DNA of 64,000 nucleotides from an uncultured Conexibacteraceae bacterium (GTDB lineage: Bacteria > Actinomycetota > Thermoleophilia > Solirubrobacterales > Solirubrobacteraceae). Shown here piece after piece: positions 1-7,977 of the stretch. The notes under the pieces were generated by a model. The model was not told the DNA's origin and made no database searches. It saw only the letters and a program-made list of their open reading frames with translations. The translations under genes were made by a program, and so were the position numbers. Numbering within the stretch: the stretch's first letter is position 1; every line of letters begins with the position of its first letter. The stretch lies in NCBI GenBank assembly GCA_963829185.1, contig CAWHID010000032.1, positions 624 through 64,623 on the forward strand, read 5' to 3'.

Positions 1-243
1 CGAGAGGATCAGCACCGCGGTGTCGGGCGCCTGCTGGCGGATCTCGCGCGCGGCCTGCAGCCCGGTTAGCTTGGGCATCGAGACGTCGAGGATGCAGACG
101 TCGGGCCGCTGGGCCAGCGCGCGCTCGACGGCCTCGGCGCCGTCGCCGGCCTCGGCGACGACCTCCATGTCGGCCTGGCGCTCGAGCAGCAGCTTGAGCC
201 CGCCGCGCACGACGCCGTGGTCGTCGGCGATCAGGAGCCTCAT
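1..243 (-). CDS. NarL/LuxR-family response regulator (5' part; runs off window)
   Basis: Own translation of the minus strand from ATG at 243: MRLLIADDHGVVRGGLKLLLERQADMEVVAEAGDG...PDVCILDVSMPKLTGL, a receiver domain. It lies downstream of a histidine kinase. Confidence 0.93.
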   Translation of the reverse strand, partial: MRLLIADDHGVVRGGLKLLLERQADMEVVAEAGDGAEAVERALAQRPDVCILDVSMPKLTGLQAAREIRQQAPDTAVLILS

Positions 244-296
244 GCGGCTGACCGCATGACGGTGGTGATGTTCGTGGTCCGGTATTGGGTCGTCAT
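240..296 (-). CDS. Putative 18-aa bridging micro-ORF (MTTQYRTTNITTVMRSAA)
   Basis: Its ATG overlaps the kinase stop (ATGA) and its TGA overlaps the regulator start (ATGA). The frame is open over exactly 57 nt. Confidence 0.4.
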   Translation of the reverse strand: MTTQYRTTNITTVMRSAA

Positions 297-1291
297 GCGG
301 CTGCTTCAGACTCCGACGGAACCCACAGGTCGCGATCCAGCCGCAGCTCGACCACGGTGCCGCGGCCCGGCGTGGAGGTGACCTGCACCCGCCCGCGCGC
401 GAGCCGCGCGCGCTCGCGCATCCCAACCAGGCCAATGCCGTCGGTCTCCTGGGTGGTCGTGAAGCCAGCGCCGTCGTCGACCACGCGGACGACCGGCCGG
501 CCGTGGTCGCGGCCGATCTCGACGATCACGTTGGACGCGTCGGCATGGCGGGTGATGTTGGAGAGCGATTCCTGCACGACGCGGTAGACCACGGTCTGCT
601 CGTGGTCGGCGAGGTCGGTCAAGGGGTCATAGCAGCGCAGCGCCGCTGGGATCCGCGTCTGCGCGCTGAAGCGCTCCAGCTGGTTGCGCAGCGCCGCCTC
701 CAGGCCGTGGTCGTCCAGCGCGGTGGGGCGCAGCTCGCGCGCCAGGCGCAGCAGCTCGTCCATCGCGGCGACGGCAACGGTCTTGGTCTCGCGCAGCTCG
801 GCGCGCAGCTCCTCGGGAGCGTCGTGGACGTGGGCCTCCAGGCGCAGCAGGACGGCGGTCAGCGCCTGGTTGCACTCATCGTGGAGGTCGCGCGCGACGC
901 GGGCGCGCTCGCTCTCCTGCCCGTGGAGCACCGCGGCCGCCGTCCGGGTTCGCTCGTCCTCCAGCCGTCCGAGCATGCGGTTGAACGCCTGCACGAGCCG
1001 GATGACGTCCTCGGAGTCGGCCTCGGGCACGTCGGCGCGCTGGCCGGGGCTCGTCAGGTCGATGCGCTCCATGACGTCGATGAGCTTGTCCAGCGGCGCG
1101 AAGCGGCGGCGCAGCACCACGCCGTTGACGAGCACCGCGCCGAGGATGCCCGCAACGAGCACGAGCGCCTGGCGGCGGCCAACGACGTCTTCGAGTGACA
1201 GGCGCGCAGCAGCGATCGCGGCCGCGCCGGTGGCGACGATCAGCAGCGCGTTGATGGCGAGGATCTGGGTGGCGAGCGTCGGCTTGCGCAT
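293..1291 (-). CDS. Sensor histidine kinase, HisKA_3 type with 2 TM + HAMP
   Basis: ERARVARDLHD H-box, RVVQESLSNITRHA N-box, DDGAGF and GIGLVGMRERA G-boxes. Probable start is MRKPTL at 1291. Confidence 0.93.
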   Translation of the reverse strand: MRKPTLATQILAINALLIVATGAAAIAAARLSLEDVVGRRQALVLVAGILGAVLVNGVVLRRRFAPLDKLIDVMERIDLTSPGQRADVPEADSEDVIRLVQAFNRMLGRLEDERTRTAAAVLHGQESERARVARDLHDECNQALTAVLLRLEAHVHDAPEELRAELRETKTVAVAAMDELLRLARELRPTALDDHGLEAALRNQLERFSAQTRIPAALRCYDPLTDLADHEQTVVYRVVQESLSNITRHADASNVIVEIGRDHGRPVVRVVDDGAGFTTTQETDGIGLVGMRERARLARGRVQVTSTPGRGTVVELRLDRDLWVPSESEAAA

Positions 1292-1293
1292 GT

Positions 1294-1309
1294 TGGGGTC
1301 TAGACCCCA
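1294..1309. promoter_or_regulatory. Perfect 16-bp palindrome TGGGGTCTAGACCCCA, candidate regulator binding site
   Basis: Seen directly, 2 nt upstream of the kinase start codon. Function is inferred. Confidence 0.5.
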
Positions 1310-1395
1310 TATCGGCCGCAGAGACCAAACCCGATACTCCTGGTGCAGCAAGTCCCGGCCGGAACCTTGAGCAGTCCCGGTGGCAAGTGGCGAGG

Positions 1396-1437
1396 GACCG
1401 TCCATCTGGCGCCGGGGGGCACTTCAGATGGGCGGTC
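1396..1437. repeat. Intergenic inverted repeat/hairpin
   Basis: GACCGTCCATCTG ... CAGATGGGCGGTC, a 13-bp stem with one G-T pair. Confidence 0.55.
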
Positions 1438-1520
1438 ACCTCCACGTTCTCCTCCGCGTCTGGTCGCGCTACACTTTCTGAAGTGCGAATCCCGACCGAC
1501 GTTCAGGTGAATACAGCCCG

Positions 1521-2705
1521 ATGAGCCCCTCCGGCGCCGAGTACATCAAGCAGGTCAAGGCCCAGATCGACGAGGTCGATCCCTCCGCCGTCAGCGAGAT
1601 CCTTGGCGCCGACGGCGTCGTGATCATCGACGTACGCGAGAGCGACGAATGGGACGCCGGGCACATCCCGGGCGCGAAGTTCGTCACCCGCGGCCACTTG
1701 GAGTCCCGGATCGAGGGCGCTGCCCCCGACCGCTCCGAGCGCGTGATCCTCTACTGCGCCTCGGGCAACCGCTCGGCGCTCGCCGCCAAGACGCTCAAGG
1801 AGCAGCTCGGCTACGAGCACGTCGAGTCGATGACCGGCGGCTACACGCTCTGGAAGGACCGCGGCTACGCCGTCGAGGTCCCGCGCACGTTTACGCCCGA
1901 GCAGCGCCAGCGCTACTCGCGCCACTTCCTGCTCCCCGAGGTGGGCGCCGAGGGCCAGCAGAAGCTGCTCGACGCCAAGGTGCTGCTGCTGGGCGCCGGT
2001 GGCCTGGGCTCGCCGACCGCGCTCTACCTCGCCGCTGCCGGCGTCGGCACGATCGGCCTCGTCGACGACGACGTCGTCGACGTCTCCAACCTGCAGCGCC
2101 AGGTCATCCACACGACCGCCTCGGTCGGCACGCCGAAGGTCGACAGCGCCGAGCGGGCGATCAACGACCTCAACCCGGATGTCGTGGTCCGCAAGCACCA
2201 GGTCCGCCTCGACGCCTCGAACATCGTCGACATCATCAAGGACTACGACATCGTCGTCGACGGCGTCGACAACTTCCCGACGCGCTACCTGCTCAACGAT
2301 GCGACGGTGCGCCTGAAGATCCCGGTCGTCAGCGCCGCCATCCTCGGCTTCGAGGGCCAGCTGAGCGTCTTCGCGCCCTATGAGGGCCCGTGCTACCGCT
2401 GCCTCTTCCGCCAGCCGCCGCCGGCCGAGCTCGCACCGTCCTGCGGCGCCAACGGCGTCCTGGGCGTGCTGCCCGGGACGATGGGGCTGCTGCAGTCCAC
2501 CGAGGTCGTCAAGCTCATCATCGGCGAGGGCGACCCGCTGATCGGCCGCCTGCTGATCTACGACGCGCTCGGCGCGACGACGACCGAGCTGAAGGTGCGC
2601 CGCGACCCGGAGTGCCCGATCTGCTCGCGCGAGCCGTCGGAGATCACCGACGACGAGCTCGGGGTCTTCCCCGACTACGAGGCGTTCTGCGCCGCGGCGG
2701 GCTAG
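1521..2705 (+). CDS. moeB: MoeB/MoeZ-type sulfur-carrier adenylyltransferase with N-terminal rhodanese
   Basis: Rhodanese loop YCASGNRS, followed by RYSRHFLL, GAGGLG, SNLQRQ, CYRC, CPIC and C-terminal DYEAFC. Confidence 0.93.
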   Translation: MSPSGAEYIKQVKAQIDEVDPSAVSEILGADGVVIIDVRESDEWDAGHIPGAKFVTRGHLESRIEGAAPDRSERVILYCASGNRSALAAKTLKEQLGYEHVESMTGGYTLWKDRGYAVEVPRTFTPEQRQRYSRHFLLPEVGAEGQQKLLDAKVLLLGAGGLGSPTALYLAAAGVGTIGLVDDDVVDVSNLQRQVIHTTASVGTPKVDSAERAINDLNPDVVVRKHQVRLDASNIVDIIKDYDIVVDGVDNFPTRYLLNDATVRLKIPVVSAAILGFEGQLSVFAPYEGPCYRCLFRQPPPAELAPSCGANGVLGVLPGTMGLLQSTEVVKLIIGEGDPLIGRLLIYDALGATTTELKVRRDPECPICSREPSEITDDELGVFPDYEAFCAAAG

Positions 2706-2718
2706 GGTCCCACCAGCT

Positions 2719-2997
2719 ATGGCAAAGATCCGCATTCCCCCCGTGCTGCGCCCCTCCGTGGGCGGCGAGCGTGAGGTCAACGCCGACGGCGCGACGGTCG
2801 GCGAGGTGCTCGAGGGCCTGGCCACCGCGCACCCCGACACGCGCGGCCAGCTCTTCGGTGGCGACGGCGAGCTCAACCGCTACGTCAACGTCTATCTCAA
2901 CGACGAGGACGTCCGCGTGCTCGACGGCCTGACGACGCCGGTGGGCGAGGGCGACAGCTTGGTGATTCTTCCCGCAATGGCTGGCGGGGCCCGGTAA
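2719..2997 (+). CDS. cysO: MoaD/ThiS/CysO-family ubiquitin-like sulfur carrier
   Basis: RYVNVYLNDEDVR and ILPAMAGG followed by an AR extension. Clusters with moeB, cysM and a JAMM protease. Confidence 0.85.
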   Translation: MAKIRIPPVLRPSVGGEREVNADGATVGEVLEGLATAHPDTRGQLFGGDGELNRYVNVYLNDEDVRVLDGLTTPVGEGDSLVILPAMAGGAR

Positions 2998-3136
2998 ACT
3001 TTCCCAGGTGCCGGGAGCAGCCGCCGTTGATGGCGGAGGCAGCCGGCGTCGCGCAAGACCTCGATGCAGATGCCCTTCCGCTGAGGAGGGCCACAGGCCT
3101 CCAGGAATGATCAAGCACCATCGGAGGACGTCTGCT

Positions 3137-3481
3137 GTGAATCATCCGGTCCCGCAAGGATTGCGTTGCCACGTCGAGCCCGATCGCGATCGCGTCGTTG
3201 TGCGCGCTGTCGGCGAGGTCGACATGGCGACCGTCGACGTGCTTGGCAAGCCATTGGACGAGCTGCGTGGCAACGGCTTCACCCAGATCGAGATCGACCT
3301 GCGTGAGGTCACGTTCATGGACTCGACCGGCCTGCGGCTGCTGGTCGTCTGGCGACGTCGGTCACTGACCGAGGGCTTTGACCTCCAGATCGTGCTCGAC
3401 CCGGACGGCCCGGTCGCGCGCGTCGTGGAGCTCACCGGTCTCCGGGAGCTGCTGCTACACGCCCCCGTCGTCCAGAGCTAG
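3137..3481 (+). CDS. STAS-domain anti-sigma-factor antagonist
   Basis: GEVDMAT, DLREVTFMDSTGLRLL and RVVELTGL motifs. GGAGG precedes the GTG at 3137. Confidence 0.85.
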   Translation: MNHPVPQGLRCHVEPDRDRVVVRAVGEVDMATVDVLGKPLDELRGNGFTQIEIDLREVTFMDSTGLRLLVVWRRRSLTEGFDLQIVLDPDGPVARVVELTGLRELLLHAPVVQS

Positions 3482-3490
3482 GCTCGACTT

Positions 3491-3919
3491 GTGTCCGACG
3501 ATCTGATGCTCCCCAAGCAGGCCGTCTCTGCCGAGCTCGTCGAAGCGGCGAACGCGGAGGCCCGCGACGCCGGCGGGAAGCGCGCGGCGATCTCCAATGC
3601 CCTCGTGGGACTCAAGAAGGAGTTCTATGGCAAGGGCCCGGTGGCGGCGAAGACCTACTTCAACGACGACTGGGTGTTCACGGTTCTCGAGGGTGGCCTG
3701 ACGCGCAACGAAGAGACGCTGCTGCAGGCAGGGGAGGAGGCGCTGGTGCGCCAAGTGCGCCTGCGGTTCCAAGAGGCGATGACGCAGACGATCTGCGGCG
3801 CGGTCGAGGAGATCACGGGCCGGCGCGTGCTGACCTACCACAGCCAGGTGCTCTTCGACCCGATGCGCTGCGTCGAGATGTTCCTCCTGGCGCCTCTGCC
3901 GGACGGGCAGGGCGCGTAG
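3491..3919 (+). CDS. DUF2294 / MpsC-family protein
   Basis: ISNALVGLKKEFYGKGP...GLTRNEETL...VRQVRLRFQ...VEEITGRRV pattern. Confidence 0.82.
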   Translation: MSDDLMLPKQAVSAELVEAANAEARDAGGKRAAISNALVGLKKEFYGKGPVAAKTYFNDDWVFTVLEGGLTRNEETLLQAGEEALVRQVRLRFQEAMTQTICGAVEEITGRRVLTYHSQVLFDPMRCVEMFLLAPLPDGQGA

Positions 3920-3968
3920 ATCACACGCCCTGGTCGGAGCTCCGACCCCCGCTATATTTCCTGAAGCT

Positions 3969-4943
3969 ATGGCTGTCCCGCCCCTTCAGAACCGGCCCTG
4001 CGGCGGTCGCTACGGCGACATCGTGCAGGCGATCGGCAACACCCCGCTGGTCGAGCTGCGTCGCCTGTCGCCCAAGCCGGGCGTGCGCATCTGGGCCAAG
4101 ATGGAATCCCACAACCCGACGGGCTCGGTCAAGGATCGTGTCGCGCGGGCGCTGATCGAGGACGCTGAGGAGAAGGGGGCCATCGGCCCCGGCATGACGA
4201 TCCTCGAGCCGACGTCGGGCAACACCGGCATCGCGCTGGCGATGATCTGCCGTCGCAAGGGCTACAAGCTCAAGGTCGTCATGCCCGACAACGTGACGCC
4301 CGAGCGCACGCAGCTGCTGACGATGTACGGCGCCGAGATCGTCTACTCGCCGGGAGACCAGGGCTCCAATGGCGCGGTGGCGATGGCGCTGAAGATGGCC
4401 GAGGCTGACGCCTCGTACTACATGCCCTACCAGTACGGGAACCCGGCCAACCCGCGCGCCCACTACGAGGGCACCGCGCCGGAGATCCTGCAGGAGCTCG
4501 ACGGCAACATCACGGCGTTCGTCGCCGGTCTGGGTACCGGCGGCACGCTGATGGGCAACGGGCGGCGCTTCAAGGAGGAGCTCGGCGACGCGGTCAAGAT
4601 CGTCGCCGCCGAGCCCATGCAGGGCGAGCCGGTGCAGGGCCTGCGGTCGCTGGACGATGGCTTCATCCCGCCGATCATCGATCTGTCGGTCCTCGATCGC
4701 AAGATCTTCGTGACCAACCGCGACGCGATCATCTGGACGCGCAAGCTGCTCGACGAGGAGGGCATCTTCGCCGGCGTCTCTTCGGGCGCGATCGCCTCAA
4801 TCGCGGTGCGCATCGCCAACGAGATGGACGAGGGCAACGTCGTCTTCATCGTCTGCGACGACGGGTGGAAGTACCTCTCCTCCGGGATCTACACGCTGCC
4901 GGTCGACGAGGTCGCCAACCTCGAGTCGACCGTCTGGTGGTAG
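3969..4943 (+). CDS. cysM: PLP-dependent cysteine synthase (CysM-like, probably sulfur-carrier dependent)
   Basis: NPTGSVKDR, EPTSGNTG, GLGTGGT and GWKYLSS motifs, with an aromatic C-terminus (STVWW). Confidence 0.9.
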   Translation: MAVPPLQNRPCGGRYGDIVQAIGNTPLVELRRLSPKPGVRIWAKMESHNPTGSVKDRVARALIEDAEEKGAIGPGMTILEPTSGNTGIALAMICRRKGYKLKVVMPDNVTPERTQLLTMYGAEIVYSPGDQGSNGAVAMALKMAEADASYYMPYQYGNPANPRAHYEGTAPEILQELDGNITAFVAGLGTGGTLMGNGRRFKEELGDAVKIVAAEPMQGEPVQGLRSLDDGFIPPIIDLSVLDRKIFVTNRDAIIWTRKLLDEEGIFAGVSSGAIASIAVRIANEMDEGNVVFIVCDDGWKYLSSGIYTLPVDEVANLESTVWW

Positions 4944-4988
4944 CGCCAACTTAAGGAAGCGCCGGGGAGCTGCCGATACCCTTGTCGC

Positions 4989-5165
4989 ATGCCCGGCGTC
5001 GGATTTCCTGAACTGCTCGTCATCCTGGTGATCGCCCTGATCGTCCTCGGCCCCAAGAAGCTGCCCGAAGCGGGTCGCGCCATGGGCAAGGGGATGCGTG
5101 AGTTCAAGGACTCGCTCAGCGGGATCAACGACGACGACGAGAAGCCCGCGATCAAGTCTGAGTGA
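4989..5165 (+). CDS. tatA: Twin-arginine translocase subunit TatA/TatE
   Basis: Own translation (not in the ORF track): MPGVGFPELLVILVIALIVLGPKKLPEAGRAMGKGMREFKDSLSG... Confidence 0.92.
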   Translation: MPGVGFPELLVILVIALIVLGPKKLPEAGRAMGKGMREFKDSLSGINDDDEKPAIKSE

Positions 5166-5193
5166 GCGCCCACGGGCGCTAGGGTCCGCGGTG

Positions 5194-5595
5194 ATGCAGA
5201 TCGCCCCGGACCTGATGCAGCAAGTCATCGATCACGCGCTGCGAGACGCGCCGAACGAGTGCTGCGGCTTCGTCTTCCTCCGTGATGGGGTTGCGGAGGA
5301 GGTGCTGGCGGTGCAGAACATGGCGCCGAGCCCGTTTCGCTTTGAGATCGGCTCGCGCGACCTGCTGACGCTGGGCGACGCCGACGCCGATGGCCGCGAG
5401 GCGATCATCTACCACTCGCACACGCGCTCGGCGCCGCGGCCATCCCAGACCGACATCAACTTCGCGGTCAACTGGCCCGGCGTCGACTGGCTGATCGTGG
5501 GGACGGCCGGGGCCGAGCCGGAGGTGCGCAACTGGCGCATCGACCCCGACGGCACGGTCACCGAGGTCGAGGTCGAGGTCCGGGCGGTCGCGTGA
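5194..5595 (+). CDS. mec: JAMM/MPN+ (M67) metallopeptidase, Mec-like
   Basis: PNECCG...YHSHT...PSQTD JAMM motif. Confidence 0.88.
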   Translation: MQIAPDLMQQVIDHALRDAPNECCGFVFLRDGVAEEVLAVQNMAPSPFRFEIGSRDLLTLGDADADGREAIIYHSHTRSAPRPSQTDINFAVNWPGVDWLIVGTAGAEPEVRNWRIDPDGTVTEVEVEVRAVA

Positions 5596-5628
5596 ACCGC
5601 ATCGCCTCACAGATCGAGTGCGGCGGCC

Positions 5629-6123
5629 GTGTCGGGGTCTGAGCCCCTCGTCTGCCCGTCCTGTGCCACACCGCACCCGCTGGAGGATCGCTTCTGCCGC
5701 GACTGCGGCATGCCGCTGGTCTACGCCGGCTCGCTCGGCGTCGACGCGCCGGTGACCGATCGCCAGGAGTGGGCGCGCAAGATCAAGCCGCAACTCGCCG
5801 AGGGGGAGCTGGTGAAGGTCGCTTCGGGCCGCAACCAGTCCGAGGCGGAGCTGATTCAGGGACTGCTGCTGGAGGAGGGCGTGCCGTCGATGCTCAAGCG
5901 CTCGGCGGGCTTCGACGTCCCCGACATGCTGGCGGCCGGCCCGCGCGACGTCTTGGTCCCGCGCTCGGGCGCCGAGGTCGCGCGTGAGGTGCTGCTGCAG
6001 GCGGAGCTGCTGCAAACCGGCGGGTCCGGCGTGGACTCGCCCTCGCGGATCCTCGTCGGCCTGCTAAGCGCGATCGTGTTGGTGGCGTTGATCGCCTGGA
6101 TCGGAACGGAGCTCGTGCTGTGA
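5629..6123 (+). CDS. Zinc-ribbon + DUF2007-like membrane-anchored protein
   Basis: CPSC...CRDCG, EAELIQGLLLEEGVP and a C-terminal TM helix. Confidence 0.7.
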   Translation: MSGSEPLVCPSCATPHPLEDRFCRDCGMPLVYAGSLGVDAPVTDRQEWARKIKPQLAEGELVKVASGRNQSEAELIQGLLLEEGVPSMLKRSAGFDVPDMLAAGPRDVLVPRSGAEVAREVLLQAELLQTGGSGVDSPSRILVGLLSAIVLVALIAWIGTELVL

Positions 6124-6992
6124 CGATCGCGGTGACCGGTGCGACGGGTGCGCTGGGCTCGCGCGTGGCCGAACAGCTGGCGGCGCGCGAGGTCAAGCAG
6201 CTGCTCGTCGTCCGCGATCTCGCGCGCGTGCCTGCGATCGCCGGCGTCGAGGCGGTGCAGATGGGCCCGCGCGGCTACCGCGACCAGACGGCACTGACCG
6301 AGGCGCTGGGCGGCTGCGAGACGCTCCTGCTGGTCTCGGGCCGCGAGGCGGCCGAGCGCGTCGTCGAGCACGCCCACGCGATCCGCGCCGCGGTCGACGC
6401 GGGCGTGTCGCGCATCGTCTACACGTCCTTCCTGGGCGCCGGTCCCGATGCGACGTTCACCTTCGCCCGTGACCACTTCGCCACCGAGCAGCTGATTCGC
6501 GAGAGCGGGTTGGCCTACACCTTCCTGCGCAACAGCCAGTACTTGGACTACGTGCCGCTGCTCGTCGGCGACGACGGCGTGATCCGCGGGCCGGCGGGGG
6601 AGGGGAAGGTCGCCTGGGTGTCGCGCGACGATGTCGCCGACGTCGCGGCCGCGGTGCTCGCCGAGGGCGGTGAGGAGCATGACAGCAAGACCTATGACTT
6701 GACCGGGCCCGAGGCTCACACGCTGACCTGGGCCGCCGCGCAGCTCAGCGCTGCCGCCGGCCGCGAGATCCGCTTTTGCAACGAGACCGTGCAGGCGGCT
6801 TATGAGTCGCGCACGCATCTCGATGCGCCCGACTTCGAGGTCGACGGCTGGGTGACGTCCTACGTCGCGATCGCCACGGGCGAGCTCGACGTCGTCTCCG
6901 ACGCCGTGCCGCGCCTCGCCGGCCATCGCGCCCAAGACCTGCCGGAGTGGCTGCAAGCCAACCCGCAGGCCTGGGCGCATCTCAAGGCCTAG
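6120..6992 (+). CDS. NmrA/atypical SDR NAD(P)H-binding oxidoreductase
   Basis: IAVTGATGALG, RIVYTSF, HFATEQLI and VSRDDVA. Confidence 0.88.
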   Translation: MTIAVTGATGALGSRVAEQLAAREVKQLLVVRDLARVPAIAGVEAVQMGPRGYRDQTALTEALGGCETLLLVSGREAAERVVEHAHAIRAAVDAGVSRIVYTSFLGAGPDATFTFARDHFATEQLIRESGLAYTFLRNSQYLDYVPLLVGDDGVIRGPAGEGKVAWVSRDDVADVAAAVLAEGGEEHDSKTYDLTGPEAHTLTWAAAQLSAAAGREIRFCNETVQAAYESRTHLDAPDFEVDGWVTSYVAIATGELDVVSDAVPRLAGHRAQDLPEWLQANPQAWAHLKA

Positions 6993-7041
6993 CGCGGGCC
7001 CACGCTCAGGAAAGGAGGAGTCCCGATTCGGCGGGGTCTCT

Positions 7042-7518
7042 TCACGGGGCGGTCTCCTCGCGGATCCGCTCGCCGTGACGGGCGGCGAGGCCGGTCACGG
7101 TCTCGAGGAAGGTGACGATCGTCGCCAGCTCCGCGGCGCTGAAACGCTGGACCAGGGTTTCCTGCCAGTCGCGCATCAGCGGCCCCCAGATCGCCTCGCT
7201 GCGCTCGTAGTGGCGGTCGGTGACTTCGAGGTTGACCTTGCGGCGGTCGGATCCGTCGCGGACGCGGCGGGCGAGGCCGGCTCGTTCGAGGCGATCGGCC
7301 ACCGCGGTCACCGCGCCGGTCGTCAGCCCCGAGGCGGTCGCGAGCTCGCCCGCGGTCAGGCCGCCACGGCTCTGGATCAGGTCCAGGCAGCGCAGGTCGG
7401 TGAGGCTGATGCCGAGGTGGTTGGCGGCGAGGGCGTCGAACGCGCTCTCCTGGCTCGTGCTCGCGCGGTAGGCGGCGATGAGGCGGCCGATGATCTGGTC
7501 CTTGGTCTCTCTTGACAC
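7042..7518 (-). CDS. MarR-family transcriptional regulator
   Basis: LTAGELATASGLTTGAVTAVADRLERAGL...DRRKV winged helix. Confidence 0.92.
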   Translation of the reverse strand: MSRETKDQIIGRLIAAYRASTSQESAFDALAANHLGISLTDLRCLDLIQSRGGLTAGELATASGLTTGAVTAVADRLERAGLARRVRDGSDRRKVNLEVTDRHYERSEAIWGPLMRDWQETLVQRFSAAELATIVTFLETVTGLAARHGERIREETAP

Positions 7519-7555
7519 GTAATCCTCTTAGGTATTAAGATACTTCTAGTCCAAG
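7511..7555. promoter_or_regulatory. Three tandem CTT-N7-AAG-like operator sites, 16-bp period
   Basis: CTTGACACGTAAT (7511), CTTAGGTATTAAG (7527) and CTTCTAGTCCAAG (7543) in the AT-rich divergent marR/VOC gap. Confidence 0.6.
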
Positions 7556-7596
7556 GGAGTCTTGCGGCTCTCCCAGCAAAAGGCAAGGAGTAGGCG

Positions 7597-7977
7597 ATGA
7601 ACGGTCAGCTCACGATGAAGCTGGAGCTCGTGCAGGTTCCGGTCACCGACGTCGATCGCGCGAAGGCGTTCTACGTCGCGGTGGGGTTCACCGCCGATCA
7701 CGATCACACCGTCAGCGACGAGATCCGCTTCGTCCAGCTCACCCCGCCGGGCTCGGCGTGCTCGATCTCCATCGGCCGGGGTCTGAGCGAGATGGAGCCG
7801 GGGTCGGTCGAGGGACTGCAGGTCGTCGTGGAGGACGCCGAGGCGGCGCGCGCAGCGCTGGCCGAGCGTGGGGTGGAGGTCTCCGACGTCCAGGACTTCC
7901 CGTGGGGCCGGTTCGTCTTCTTCGCCGACCCGGACGGCAACCGTTGGGCCGTCCAGCAGATCACCCAGCCGAGTTAG
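7597..7977 (+). CDS. Glyoxalase/VOC-family protein
   Basis: VPVTDVDRAKAFY and FFADPDGNRW. AAGGAG RBS upstream. Confidence 0.9.
   Translation: MNGQLTMKLELVQVPVTDVDRAKAFYVAVGFTADHDHTVSDEIRFVQLTPPGSACSISIGRGLSEMEPGSVEGLQVVVEDAEAARAALAERGVEVSDVQDFPWGRFVFFADPDGNRWAVQQITQPS

Noticed and set aside
1521-2997. Molybdopterin/thiamine biosynthesis or an E1-E2-JAB antiphage system
   Set aside because: No moaE, thiG, E2 or CD-NTase is nearby. CysM and Mec in the cluster favour cysteine synthesis.
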